Source: Trichosphaerium sp. ATCC 40318 (lineage: Eukaryota; Protista; Tubulinea). From it: a DNA stretch of 64,000 nt. The stretch covers positions 130,327-194,326 of the forward strand of contig JALMLS010000369.1 of the NCBI GenBank assembly GCA_038496445.1, in the 5' to 3' direction. Positions within the stretch are counted from its first letter, which is position 1, and each line of letters opens with the position of its first letter. The notes under the pieces were generated by a model that was not told the DNA's origin, did not search any database, and saw only the letters and a list, made by a program, of their open reading frames with translations. A program made the translations under genes and the position numbers. Of the stretch, positions 1 to 11,913 are shown in pieces.

Positions 1-1040
1 GGCACTCTCCGAGAACAGGATTGTAAGGTTTCTTTTGAAACTAAAGCGAATTGATTAGCTACACGAAGAGCAGAGTTATTTGAAAAAAGAAAAAACAATA
101 AACTTATAAAAACACTATCAGTTGTTATTATCAAGGCAAATGACCTGTTGTGGTACCAGTACGGAAAAAAACAACCCAACATGATTTTGCTCAAAGTCTG
201 TAGTTGTAATTTAACCGCGTATAGCACTAAAAAGGTAATGAGAGTATTTTGAACATACGTAGGAGCGTTTAAAGGCAGCGTAAACATAATTCATGACTAT
301 CGCCATTCTCTCAACTGGGGACTTTGTGTTGTTCCCGCTACGCCATGTTATACACTGTTGGCGAGTTATTGTAAGAAACAAACGTACGCGTTCAAAACGG
401 GAAACCAACCAAGACAGCGTGAAGCACATAGCTCCAGGGCAGAGTAGGGTTCACAAAAGCCAGCCGGAAGGCCTGTATTAATAATTATTTGGAGACTATT
501 GTAGTACACTTCTACGTACCCACTTTTGTGACATCGCCACCATTCAGGCGCAATTTATTTACGACCATCTTCGCTACAGCCCAAATTCCAAGCTTTCTGG
601 CTCTCCAAGGACCAATGGAGTGTACGTAAGAAAACCCCTCTACGTATTCTTCAATCCACTCCTCGCCTTCCTCGCGAAATGGCACATTTGCCTCTGCACC
701 ACCCAAAAACATTGACATTACGTATACGCGCTCTAAATAGTTTGTGATTACGTCAATGTGTATGTAGGACCACGTTGACGCCTTTGACAGTCACTTAACA
801 AAAAAAGACGAGTTTTGACCACTCAGTGTTATTATGCCGTTCAACTTGCGGAGCGTTTCTGAGCGACGATAACAAATTGGTTCTTTCGCGAAAATACAAA
901 AACAAAGACCGGCTAGTTACTGCTCCTAGCACCCTCGATAAAGCGAGTGATGGTATCAATAATTTCGACACGTTCGCTACCTTCACTGTAAAATATCCAA
1001 CAATCCGAGTACCCTTTACATGCGTGTACGCCATCAAACA
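1..1040 (-). CDS. Hypothetical multi-exon protein, runs off the window edge
   Basis: Exon-like ORF pieces (EEGEEWIEEYVEGFSYVHSIGPWRARKLG; CITWRSGNNTKSPVERMAIVMNY) bounded by GT..AG introns. No family recognised and boundaries are approximate. Confidence 0.35.
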
Positions 1041-1252
1041 CCTTTTGAAACTGTCGGGGAAAGAAATAATCGAAAATATCGAAAAATATCGTAAACCCTA
1101 TGAAGCAAAAAAAACCAAATGCAGCAATGGCGAAAATTAGTTCATTTACAAATTGATCGAAAATTTTGGCTTTTTGGGAGTACTAACTACAGAAGGGGGT
1201 TCGTCATCACCTAATATTACAACATTAACAACAAGCCCATGCTAAACAAGTG

Positions 1253-3067
1253 TTATTCAGCAAACGTACTGGAGCTGCTGCTTGAAGCCGACAAGTCATA
1301 GTCATCTGAATCACTACTTGATTCATTATGTCTCCGCCTGGTAATTGGTGGCGGTGTACAATCGGCTAAAAAGTAGTGTGAGATAAACAGAAAACAGCCT
1401 TTTTTATGATGGTACCATTGTAGTGAGAGCGTGAAGTTTGGCACGACTCCATAGGGGATATTGGTGCTTGGGGCCGAGGACTAGCAGGGAGAGTCTTGAG
1501 ATGCGTATTAGGTGGTACAGTTCCCCGTTTGTTCTTTTCATGATGTGTATTTTTTTCTCGGTTTGATAAATGCTGTGATAGCACGTCCCATTGCTTCTGT
1601 CCATCAAGGACTTTTTGAACAGCTGGCTGCTCTAATCCAATATTGCGGAATGTCAAAGAAAGATGCACTATAGTGCCCATGTACTGAGTCTCAGTATTAA
1701 GTTTATGCCTAAATGTTTGTTGTCAACTAATGATTATCTTGTTTTTGACGCATACCTATTAATAAAAGATTCTATTAAGCGTGAAATAAGATTGCCACTT
1801 GTCATGATGGCTACTACGTCCTTTGCAGAAGCGGAGCGAATACAGTGTATAATTATACCTTCAACAAGGTGATGTACGAAACTATTTGTTTCATGTTTAA
1901 ACAGTAAGTCCTTGAGAAAAAAAAACCATTTAGATACATCGCAACTAGGAAGAAATAAAAGAGTAGAATTACCAATAAACGAGCCATTAAATCAAGTTCC
2001 ATTATTGCTGGAATAACGCAAGGATATGTTTTTCCCAAAGCACATACGCTCTCTAGTACCTCCAGGATCTACACAAGACGTTTTAGAATGCAAAGGAACA
2101 AAGCAAATCCGAATTGAGCGAAAAAAGTAAAGGCAGGAAAATAAAATAGTTTATGCGTTTCCTGACCTTGGTTCGCGCAAGTCCAAACATTGGAACAACT
2201 GATCCATTTGCAGCTTTCCTCTGTAGTGGTTTCCATTGTTTTGGAGGAGCAAATAACAGTTTGTTCAAAATAGGAAGTGAACGTATAAATGTTACGAGCC
2301 ACTTTGGTGCGTTTGATGGTATCTTCATTATTTGTTGAGCAACTTCCTACGGAAATAAAAAAATTAAATAAATAGTAAAGGAAAAAAAAGAAAAAATATT
2401 AATTGACCCTTTTACAGCGTTAAAGTCGTACCTCACAATCTCTTGATTGTAGCATTGTATCAATGAGTACAATAAAAATCTCTAGACCAAGGCCAAAGTT
2501 GATTTTGCTCACCTAAGCGTTGTGAGTGCTGTCAACAAAAAAAAAAGAGTGCAAAAATTTACCGTTGGCGCTGTTATAGCGGCTAGCAATTTCTCATAGT
2601 TGGAAGTTTCGTCCATAGCCTGATACACAGCTTGTTGAAGATGTGAATTATCTAGAATATCAATAAACGCTTGACAAGCGTTAACAGTCTCCTAGCGATT
2701 AGTTTTAGCAATAAAAGGGTAGAGTGCGAGCTGGTTTTGGTATTATTGCGAGTATTTATACCTGTTTCTCGAATTTAGCATCAAACATCAGCAAAAGCTT
2801 TGGTATTATCAATTTGATTAATTTACACCATCTGGTGTTTACGTCTTCATCGTCAGGGATAGTAACTTCATTTACTAAGCCCTCAATAAACTCCTGGGTC
2901 TGTACATCAGGGGAGAAGCTTTGCAAAAACGATTCTAGGGAATCAGGCCCTGTAGAGCTATCTTCTACGCTGTCGGTGACCATAGGCTGTACTTCGCCCA
3001 ATAGGCCAGTAGGTGATAATGGTACTGAAATAAAATCGGTAAGCGTTTGCGTTGGTGTGTTTAGCAT
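1253..3067 (-). CDS. SAPS-domain protein (SIT4-associated / PP6 regulatory subunit-like)
   Basis: Spliced motifs VVPMFGLARTKILEVL, DLLFKHETNSFVHHLVE and QYMGTIVHLS match the SAPS motifs PLG..RLKI, DLFF.Y.WNNFLH and GYMGHL. Acidic/Ser-rich tail. Confidence 0.7.
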
Positions 3068-3491
3068 AGCTTACATTCCTCTGTCATGATGGAAAGGCGT
3101 CAAATTAACAATCGCTTCGTGCGCCTGCACGGGTTTCAGTTGAAAGGCTCTAACGTGCCTGTACGGGGTTAAAAACACCGTATGTAAATAAAGAAGTTCG
3201 AGTCTTCTTTGCCAAAAGTGCTGACCGTGTAGATGGTAGTATATCTACTAGCGTGTAGCCTTACCTCCGATGACTAGAGTGCCTGTTCTAAAATTACAGT
3301 ATATTGCTTAGAGAAGCTAAGTTCGCTCTGCTCCTCTAATATTGGTTGGTAAGCGACTCACCACAATCTTTAGCGCAAGTGAAAGAAAGGTAAACTAACG
3401 ACCCAAGCCACCAATAAGCCAAAACTGCCTTAATGCGTATTTCTATTATTTTTCCGTTGTGCTCTGTGTTTATCATAATCAAATACCTACA

Positions 3492-4672
3492 ATGAGCAAA
3501 AGACACAAGACGCCACAAAATTTCAAAGTTCTCACGAATGTTGCTGTAGTACGACTTAAGAAAGGAGGAAAGCGTTTCGAAATTGCTTGTTACCCCAACA
3601 AAGTTCAGGAATGGCGTAAAAATATGTATGTTAGGGCTGTTTTATTCAGTGTAATTGTTTTGTAGAGAAACAGACATTGATGAAGTTCTTCAGTCCGAGG
3701 AGATATTCGTCAACGTTGCTCAAGGCGAATTGGCCAATAACAAAATGTTAAAACGCGTATTTAAATCAACCAATCGAAGCAAATTGTGTTTAGAGGTGCG
3801 TTTGCGTAATAACGCATTGTAAAAAACGTCACTGACATCTGTACTAGATTTTAAACAACGGGCAACTCCAACTTGCTACAAAGGAGCGTAAGGATCAACA
3901 AAAGAAGATATTTAATGAGATAGCCACAATTGTACGCTCAAATCGTTTACCTGAACTCTTATTCTTTTTTCAGGTTTCTGAAAAATGTATTGACACAACA
4001 ACAAACAGGTTTGTGATGGAGTGTCATAGTCTTAACTAACCTCAATATTAGACCAGTAACTGTAGGACTTATTGAGCGTACAATGAAAGAAATTCACTTT
4101 GCTGTTAACCCTACAAGATCAGCAAAGCAACAAGTACAAATTTTTTTTGATTTGTTCCAGTTTTTTTGTCTTATATTTATTCTAGGCACTAGCAGTTATA
4201 AAAGATCTTCAAACAAAGCTTCCAATTGAGCGTGCAAAGATGAGATTGACGTTAAATTTTGAATTATCAGAAACGTTAACTCCAGAGTCTATAAATGATG
4301 CCTTGAAGTCTTACATTTCTTACGAATTAATAAGAAAAGTAGAAAACAAATTAACAATTGTATGTTTCTAACATTTGCATGGCCAGTATGCTTACTAAAA
4401 CAATGTAGCAATGTTTAATGATTCCAAGAGACTATAGGGCTGTTAATAAGGCCACTACTGATATGAAGGGAAAGATGGATATTACGGTAAGATAACATAA
4501 CGATTTCACTTTTTTTTGACCTGTCATTGACACATTCCAGGTTCACAATTTGATACCAGCAGAAGACGAGTTTCTTGAACAGTATGAAGATGCTACATTA
4601 CCTATTTTTGTTGGATTACCTGCGTTTGCTGTAGAAGAAGCAGAAGAAACACAAGAGAACAAAGAGGAGTGA
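3492..4672 (+). CDS. SBDS: Ribosome maturation factor SBDS/Sdo1
   Basis: [57 protein letters not shown] and [10 protein letters not shown] across short introns. Confidence 0.95.
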
Positions 4673-4751
4673 GGTGTTCCGGAATTTTTTGTAAATAAAA
4701 CACAAAGTTACTTAACATAAAATGAGAGATTTACAAACATAAGATTGGTAA

Positions 4752-6769
4752 ATGCACAATGTGGTTTGGTGTCGCACTCTCGTTGTCAAAAACGGCACCG
4801 GTACGTCATGACCACTTAATTTCGGAGCCCTAGTACTCATAGCGTTAATTCTGGAGTTGATTGACTTTTTCTCGTCAGAAAGGAGGCAAATACGCCAAGC
4901 TGGCACCGTGCGATCGCCCAAAGGCTTTTGGGATATACGTGACAATGTAGTTGAAGGGTTGGAAAAATATGCTCGTAGATTTCGCTTAAAAGTAATTTTT
5001 GAGCGTATATAACCTAATATTAAGGTTCTAGTAGGTTTTAGATGATTTTTACAAAACAGGAGTGGATGACGTTAGAGACGCTAAAATGGGCAAAATATTA
5101 AGCTGGTAATGCTATTGACGTTAAAAAAGTGCTTATAAATTAAAGCGGTGGTGATTCTCTATGCAAAGTGTTGCAACTCGCATATCCCAACCATGAATGG
5201 ATACCATGGAACTTTCTGTACGTAATACATCTACCTGTCAAACATTGACACTTCCTAGATCATCACCACATCACCAATGGTCATACGTAGAGAATCAGCG
5301 AGCAAAATTCGATGAACTCGCACAAGCGTTGAACTACAAGATCGTAGCAGACTTTTACAGTGTAAACTATACTCACATGAAGGACTATGGATGTTTAGGT
5401 CTATTGAGAAGGTACTTTGACGCTAGAACCCTGCTGCTTGTTTCTTATTCTTACGTTTTGTTGCTTGAGAATAGATATGGCAACAGTATTTTCATGGCAT
5501 TGCAGACTATGTATCCTCAACAAAAATGGGATAGAACAAAGTTCATAAAGACGTATGTCCACTTCATAATACCAAGAAAAGAATTCCAGTTGAGCGCTTC
5601 TTCATTCGACTTGTGTTGGCCTAAAAAGAAATGTCATTTTTTTCAACCTTTTTTTAAACCTTTTGTCTCCGAACCTGATTCAATAATTACACCATATTTT
5701 TGTGCTTTTTAGCTGATAATTTGGTGAAAATTTGGTGATGTTTCTATAGGGTTCATAAGCCAAGGAAGAAAGTGATTCCTGTCGTGACTTCATCAGGTAA
5801 CTTAACTTTGATACAAAATCAACGGGAGTATTTTGATGAGATGGGTCAACAGTTTGGTTACAAGACTCTTGATGATTGGTATAAAGTCAAGCCATCTCAA
5901 ATAAGTCGTGGTTATATACGACGTTTAGTAGAAAAGTACGTTGTTTGATTGTTAACGCTTTAAGAAAATAAGAGGAAAAAACCAAAATGCGCCAAACTTT
6001 AATCCTTTGTATTTAGATATTTTGACTCCTCTATCACCAAAGCTGTTGTCGCAGTTTATCCCGAGTACCCATGGGACAATGATTCATTCGTAGAGTACGC
6101 AAAAATTAGAGTTGTGTTGGTGACACTGGGCGTTCGATTGAACAAACAAAAAGTATCGTACTAATTTTATTTTTGTTTGTAGAACGAGTACTTTTTTGAA
6201 GCGAAGGGAAAAAGGCTTTTGGAAGAATAAGAGAAATGCTGTCAAGTATTTGCTTGAGTTAGAGAAGGAATTCAACATCTCAGAGCCAACTGCTTGGTAC
6301 ATTTTGTATTTTTTGGGCTTAAAATATTCTTATTTTTTTCGTACCTTTTACTCTCTTCTCAATGCATATTTATTGGTATGTTTATGTGCTCCGTAAGAGA
6401 GGAAAATGTGCTCCATACATACGTCAAAACTCTACTTACAACACCCACTTCCAAACATACAGAGCTCCAAAACAACTCTCATAACTTACTGAACACTTAG
6501 GTATCGTATTGGATATGATAGGATTGCTGAAATTGGTGGGAGAGGTTTTCGTATTTATCTATTAAAAACATTGAATATTGTTTATCCTGATTACGACTGG
6601 GATAAGGGTACTTTTGCAAATATGAAAACAAACTCAAAGCAATGGTACCAACAAGAACTACAACTTTTTTTTTTTGTATTTATTTTCAAAACAACTTGGA
6701 CTTACGAGAGGTAGGGTATTGTTGAAATCTGCTAAAGATATATTTTTCATTAAGCAAACAGTGAAGTGA
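4752..6769 (+). CDS. Trp/Tyr-rich ~65-aa tandem-repeat protein (4 repeats, no nuclease domain)
   Basis: Repeats of the form PKGFW..NQR..FD.L...L....DWY.V....I...G...L..Y..S...A...YP.Y.W. Ends SKQWVLLKSAKDIFFIKQTVK*. Confidence 0.75.
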
Positions 6770-7462
6770 TCGTTGGGAATGTAAAGAATGCGATAAAGCA
6801 TCTCTTGATAAAGCAAACCTCAATACTGTGCATAGTGATGGCAATACCAGACATAGTATTGGATAGCATCAATACGAAGGAACATAAATGAAACCAAGAC
6901 AAACCACTGGCTCACAGAGCAGTAAGATGTATTAATAGTAAGAATAAACAAATGACGTTACATTATCGTTAGGCCATTGGAGTTGCTTGACTCTTTTATT
7001 GCTTAGATGGGACACCGTCACAAACACGCTATAGTAATGCTCAAATATGCGCATGTGATAGCGTTCACTACACGTGAAAAAATGTGACTTTTCTATCCAC
7101 GCGTACCAGCGCAAAAAAAAACCATGAGGAGTGTTGTAACAGTTTTGATGGATAGAACCACAATAGCATGTAAAATCACTAAATTTTTATTCTAGCTAGC
7201 ATGCTATTTGTATCTGGGCAAGTGGCTTAACAGAAAGTCAATCTTAAGGTAGTTGCAAGCACTTAGACATGGATATGTACTTAGTCCTGTTTACGCTAAC
7301 AAATAAATGGTTTGTAGTACGCTAAAGAGAGTTAATTTTTTTCAATTTTAAAAATACCAACCGCGATGGCCAACTCGAGAAGTGTTAGCAATACATACAT
7401 TTTTATAGAGAAACAATTGTTAGATGCTTATGTAAACAAATAGGCCATTACTATTAGTAAAC

Positions 7463-10400
7463 TCAAGTTTCTTTTGCATCATTAATGACAATATCCAAGT
7501 CCGTAAAAGTTGGTCTAGCAGAAGAAGAAAACGCCCAACAGTTTTCCATGATACTCTTCCATTGCTGATGAACGCGATCATCCAATTCAGGTGTATATCC
7601 TTTATCTCTGATACGAACAGCAAGATCAAACAAATCATCTACTTCTCCAAAAGGAATTGTCCTGTAAATGAGCTCATACATAACCATTCCAAATGACCAA
7701 ACCTGCGAAACCATTAACAATATTGTTGGAAGTGCGTTTGGACTTACATCACTTTTAGGTTCATACAACTTTCTCATCGACTCTGGACTCATCCATCGTA
7801 CTGGTCCAATATCGTTCTTTGTCTCTTGTGCTTTCCCTGAGATTGCTGATTTTCTAAACCAAATGACATTACTGTTAATCTACCATTAGAATACATACCT
7901 TGACATCCCGAAGTCACTTATTTTTAACTTATTGCCTTCTGATATCTAGTAACACAAGGTCAGTTTTGTTGGTTAATTGGAATTGTCTACCAAGATATTT
8001 CTGCATGCAAGATCCCTAAATAAATGTCATTATCCCAATCAATAAGTAATCTAAACGTACCTATGAACGATCATATTTTTATGAAGAAAAGTCATCCCTT
8101 CTACAATTGAACTTAAAAACGTTTTGATTTCATTGAATGTAAAGTCATCTTCCTTTGTGTTATACAATTCTTCCAGCGATCCATTAGCCATAAACTCCAA
8201 TACCAACATTGGCTTTCCATCCAGGAAACAAAGTCCCAAAGTGCCAACAATATTTGGATGAGGTGCAAGACTCATATTTACTTCAACCTTCAAACAAAAC
8301 TCATTATTTCTCAAATTACATCTGCAGATGTAGTACCTCCTGTAGAAAGCTCTGATTTGCCTCGGGACCGAGACTTGATATCTTTACAGCAACATCTATT
8401 CCTTTGTATTTAGCTTTCATAACGGACCCAAAACTCCCGTCACCTTGAACAAAGTTAAATACAACTAAAGTAACATTACTACAAACCAAGTTTGTCGCCA
8501 AATAAAAGCTCATCATATTGAATCCTAGCGGATCTCACAGCGTTTTCTCTAAATACTGATTGGTCTGGCACTGCAGAGTATGGGGATGGTTGCATTTTGA
8601 TATCATTTTTTGAATTGATACTCTGCAATTCGTGTTCACTGCTAGGTATGTCACGTTTAGTATAGTTCCAAATCGCTAAACCAGCTATAAGGACTAACAG
8701 AAGTAGAACAGCCAAAACACTGATCACTATTATCACTAAACAAACATTAGCATGTCATAAGTAGTGTTGTTATGCCTATGTCAGTAGAAGCAATTGAAGG
8801 GGTTGAAAAAGTGCCACTGGATGAGTTTGCTACTACAGGAGACATCGTTGGAAGTACAGTTGGCGAGGTTGTCGGAGGTAGCGTTGTCGGACTATTTGTT
8901 GGTGATAAGGTCGTTGGAGGCATAGTTGTAGGTATGAGAGGGAGTATATCACTGAAACAATTTGGATCAGGTTCGTAGAGACATTCTGGATTGTAGAATG
9001 TTTGATTTGGAGCTTCAGGAATTTGAAATGGAGCCAAATGCCAACTTGTTATGTTCGGGTTGTATATCATACATGGTGGTGTTTGTTCTTGGCATATCTA
9101 GAGTTATGGTTTGTGAAGATATAAAGTACATTAGCGTACATCTGACAGATTCACAGCTTTACACCCTGGAAACTTGTTAAATACAGGAAATTCGTTGGTA
9201 GTGTTTGTGTCACAATAATCCAATGTATGTGATCCTCCTTCTTCACAAACAAATGCAGGTGATCCAGGAACTCTTTTTTCAGTAACACAGTTTCTAGTTG
9301 AAATATCACAGTACGAAATGGTACATATATCTGAAGATACACAAGGAGGGAAGCACTCTGCAGCCATTAGAGCACACTCTGGACCATTCATGTACTCGCA
9401 TTCAATTGGCGCTTCAAGAGTGTTAAGCATGTTTAGTTGTAAAGAATTTGAACTTACCATTTGCACACAGGGCAAATGGTGCATGAAGTAAAGCATCTGG
9501 ATTGCAAAATGAAGGTGAACCACCTATTTAAATTAGTGTTAACAGATGGATTCATATCACTGAAAACCGGTACATTGTACACTAGTTGGTGAGCCAACGT
9601 TAGGGAAGATATCATTTAGTGGAAAATGACAACCTTCATCTGCACTCCTACATTCGTTTGCTGTACATGGATTTGTGTCGTCGCATGTAGCATTCTCGCA
9701 ATTACATTCTTGTTTGCATGTACATTCTGCTTTGCATGTTGGGCCGCACAAACTTCGTACTTCTATGGAGGTATCAGTATTAGAGTGTTAACTGTATATC
9801 TCCTTACCCTGACATATTTGAGGTGAAATAATCGGTAAAACACGTGATGACAGAAATATGGCGTTTGTGATATTGACGGTATTTGGAAGTGGTAGAAGAT
9901 TGGAGTCTGTTGATCCGATTGAAATTGAGTGAATTGTAAATCCCTATTTTTTCTCAATACCATATAAATTATGTTGCTTTGATACCTCAGATTCGAGAGT
10001 GTTTGTGATATTGTCATTTGAATCAAAACCATCACATTTGGAACCATGATATTGATTGACAATCATTACTTTTTTATTTCGTCCATTTCTTCCATATTTA
10101 TCGAAATGATCACGTGCAACCGACAATCCTGAAATCTTTTAGCGAACAAATTAACTATTTTAATTTATCTTTTGGCGGGTACCTGTTGTGACATCATGAC
10201 AGCCTCCCATCACGTTGATACTTCGAATGGTATTAAGCTGATCAAGAAAGTAAGATTTGGAGTGACTCCCCAAAGGCAACACAACTTGAGCTGTATCTCG
10301 ATACAACGTGATGCCAGTACGATATCCATACTCTCCAAGTTTGAGAGGTGTGATCACATCAATGATAAATAGGAAGTACAAGTCCCAGTTTAAGTAGAGG

Positions 10401-11579
10401 CAACATTCTTCGAATGATCTGTTGAAATGACCAAATCCTCCAGAAACTTGAAAACATTGGGAGTCTTGATTAACTGTGTTAAAATATGTCTTAACAGTGT
10501 ATATTCTGTACCTCCAGTACCACAAGTTACATCGTTCAAGGCATTTTGAGAAGCGTCGATTACTACAAATACATGAGCTTGTCACGTGTTACAGAACACT
10601 TAACTTACCAAACATTAAATCTGCTGTATCTACACATAGAGCATCACTACAATCATTTGATATTGTTGGTGGCGAGTAACTCATCGTAGCTTTGAAGAGA
10701 TCATTCAATTCAATAATAACTCCATCAGAAAGCACAATCCTAATAACAAAAAAGTTTTTAAGTGGTTTTTTTTTTGTGAACGCAGCTAGGGTTCTTCGTA
10801 CCTTACTAAAGTGTCTTCTCCTAAAAAGAATAGTTCTTGGACATCAAAAAAAGTGTCTTGAACACCGGGCAGAGGCTGTCGTCGGTAGTGAGTCCTAAGG
10901 TTGTTAGTAAGTCGACTGTGCAAATATATGGTACATTATAAAAAGACCTTACGTGTTTATTAGTTTGTACGAAGGTTCGTTCGAAAAGCCTGGCGGAAGG
11001 AAGCCAGCTGGGAATTTTGTTCTATGCTTGATAGTCACATTGTGTTTTTCTTCTCTTTCAAGCCATGATGCAGGATTGAACGGCTCCTCACTCATCTCGA
11101 CATCAATCTTTACTCGTTTGACACATTCGTTCTCACATGCTATACGTTGTATTATCATATTCTAAACAAGTAACATTAATTCAATCACTGAATTTACACT
11201 TTACAAACGTTCTTTTACTTACCGACGTACTCTCATAACTATCCACATAGTGTTTCACGGTGTTTTCTTGAGTGAAATATGCATCCGCATTGATTATAGT
11301 GACGTCTTCAAAGTCCATTGAGTAGCCAAATTTACCATATTGTACAGCCTTTTTATAATTATAAATACCCTGTAACTTGTTTTGACCGAAACTGTACTTA
11401 CAATACTTGAATTATTTCCATATATAATTGCCTCTGATTCTAGTATTGCTACCCCTACGGCTGCGTTTACTAGAACAACGCAAGTCGTAAAGACTAAAAG
11501 CAATATTCCTGATTTAACTAATCTATGTTTTAACTCCGCCACGTGATTAAAGGTGTAAAAACGTGCCTCGGGGATACAT
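7463..11579 (-). CDS. Receptor tyrosine-kinase-like protein RTK-1 (signal peptide, variable N-domain, vWA, Cys repeats, PT-rich stalk, TM, kinase)
   Basis: Signal MYPRVKSGILLLVFTTCVVLVNA. vWA-like YRTGITLYRDTAQVVLPL. Cys repeat CDDTNPCTANEC. TM IIVISVLAVLLLLVLIAGLAIW. Kinase motifs GDGSFG, VAVK, HRDLACRN, DFGMSR, GPVRWMSPES, DVWSFG. Confidence 0.9.
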
Positions 11580-11913
11580 AGTTACAGATAAAATATGATC
11601 CTTTTATTAATTAAACTCCAGAAACCAAGATAGCCTACAACCACGTGACGGTTGATTGTTTTCCAAAGTTTAAGACGTTGTATCTTGAAAAGTAGATTTT
11701 TCTATTGAATTACTTGTTCTCGTTTTAAGGAAGGCTACTGGAATGTATATCCTGGCGTATCAAATAAAAATTACTGTAACGTTTACCATCATAGCATATT
11801 AATTCCCAAAAAAGCACTTGGGTTTGCTAAACCCAACAAAGAAAATAATAAAAGAAATGTTATTTCAGTTTTATGCTTTTCGGAACGTTGTACAGTAAAC
11901 TATGACACCCTGT

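Noticed and set aside
2724-3089. Antisense ORFs from the ORF track (also 24779-25129, 34346-34648 and others)
   Set aside because: They are shadows of real genes on the opposite strand.
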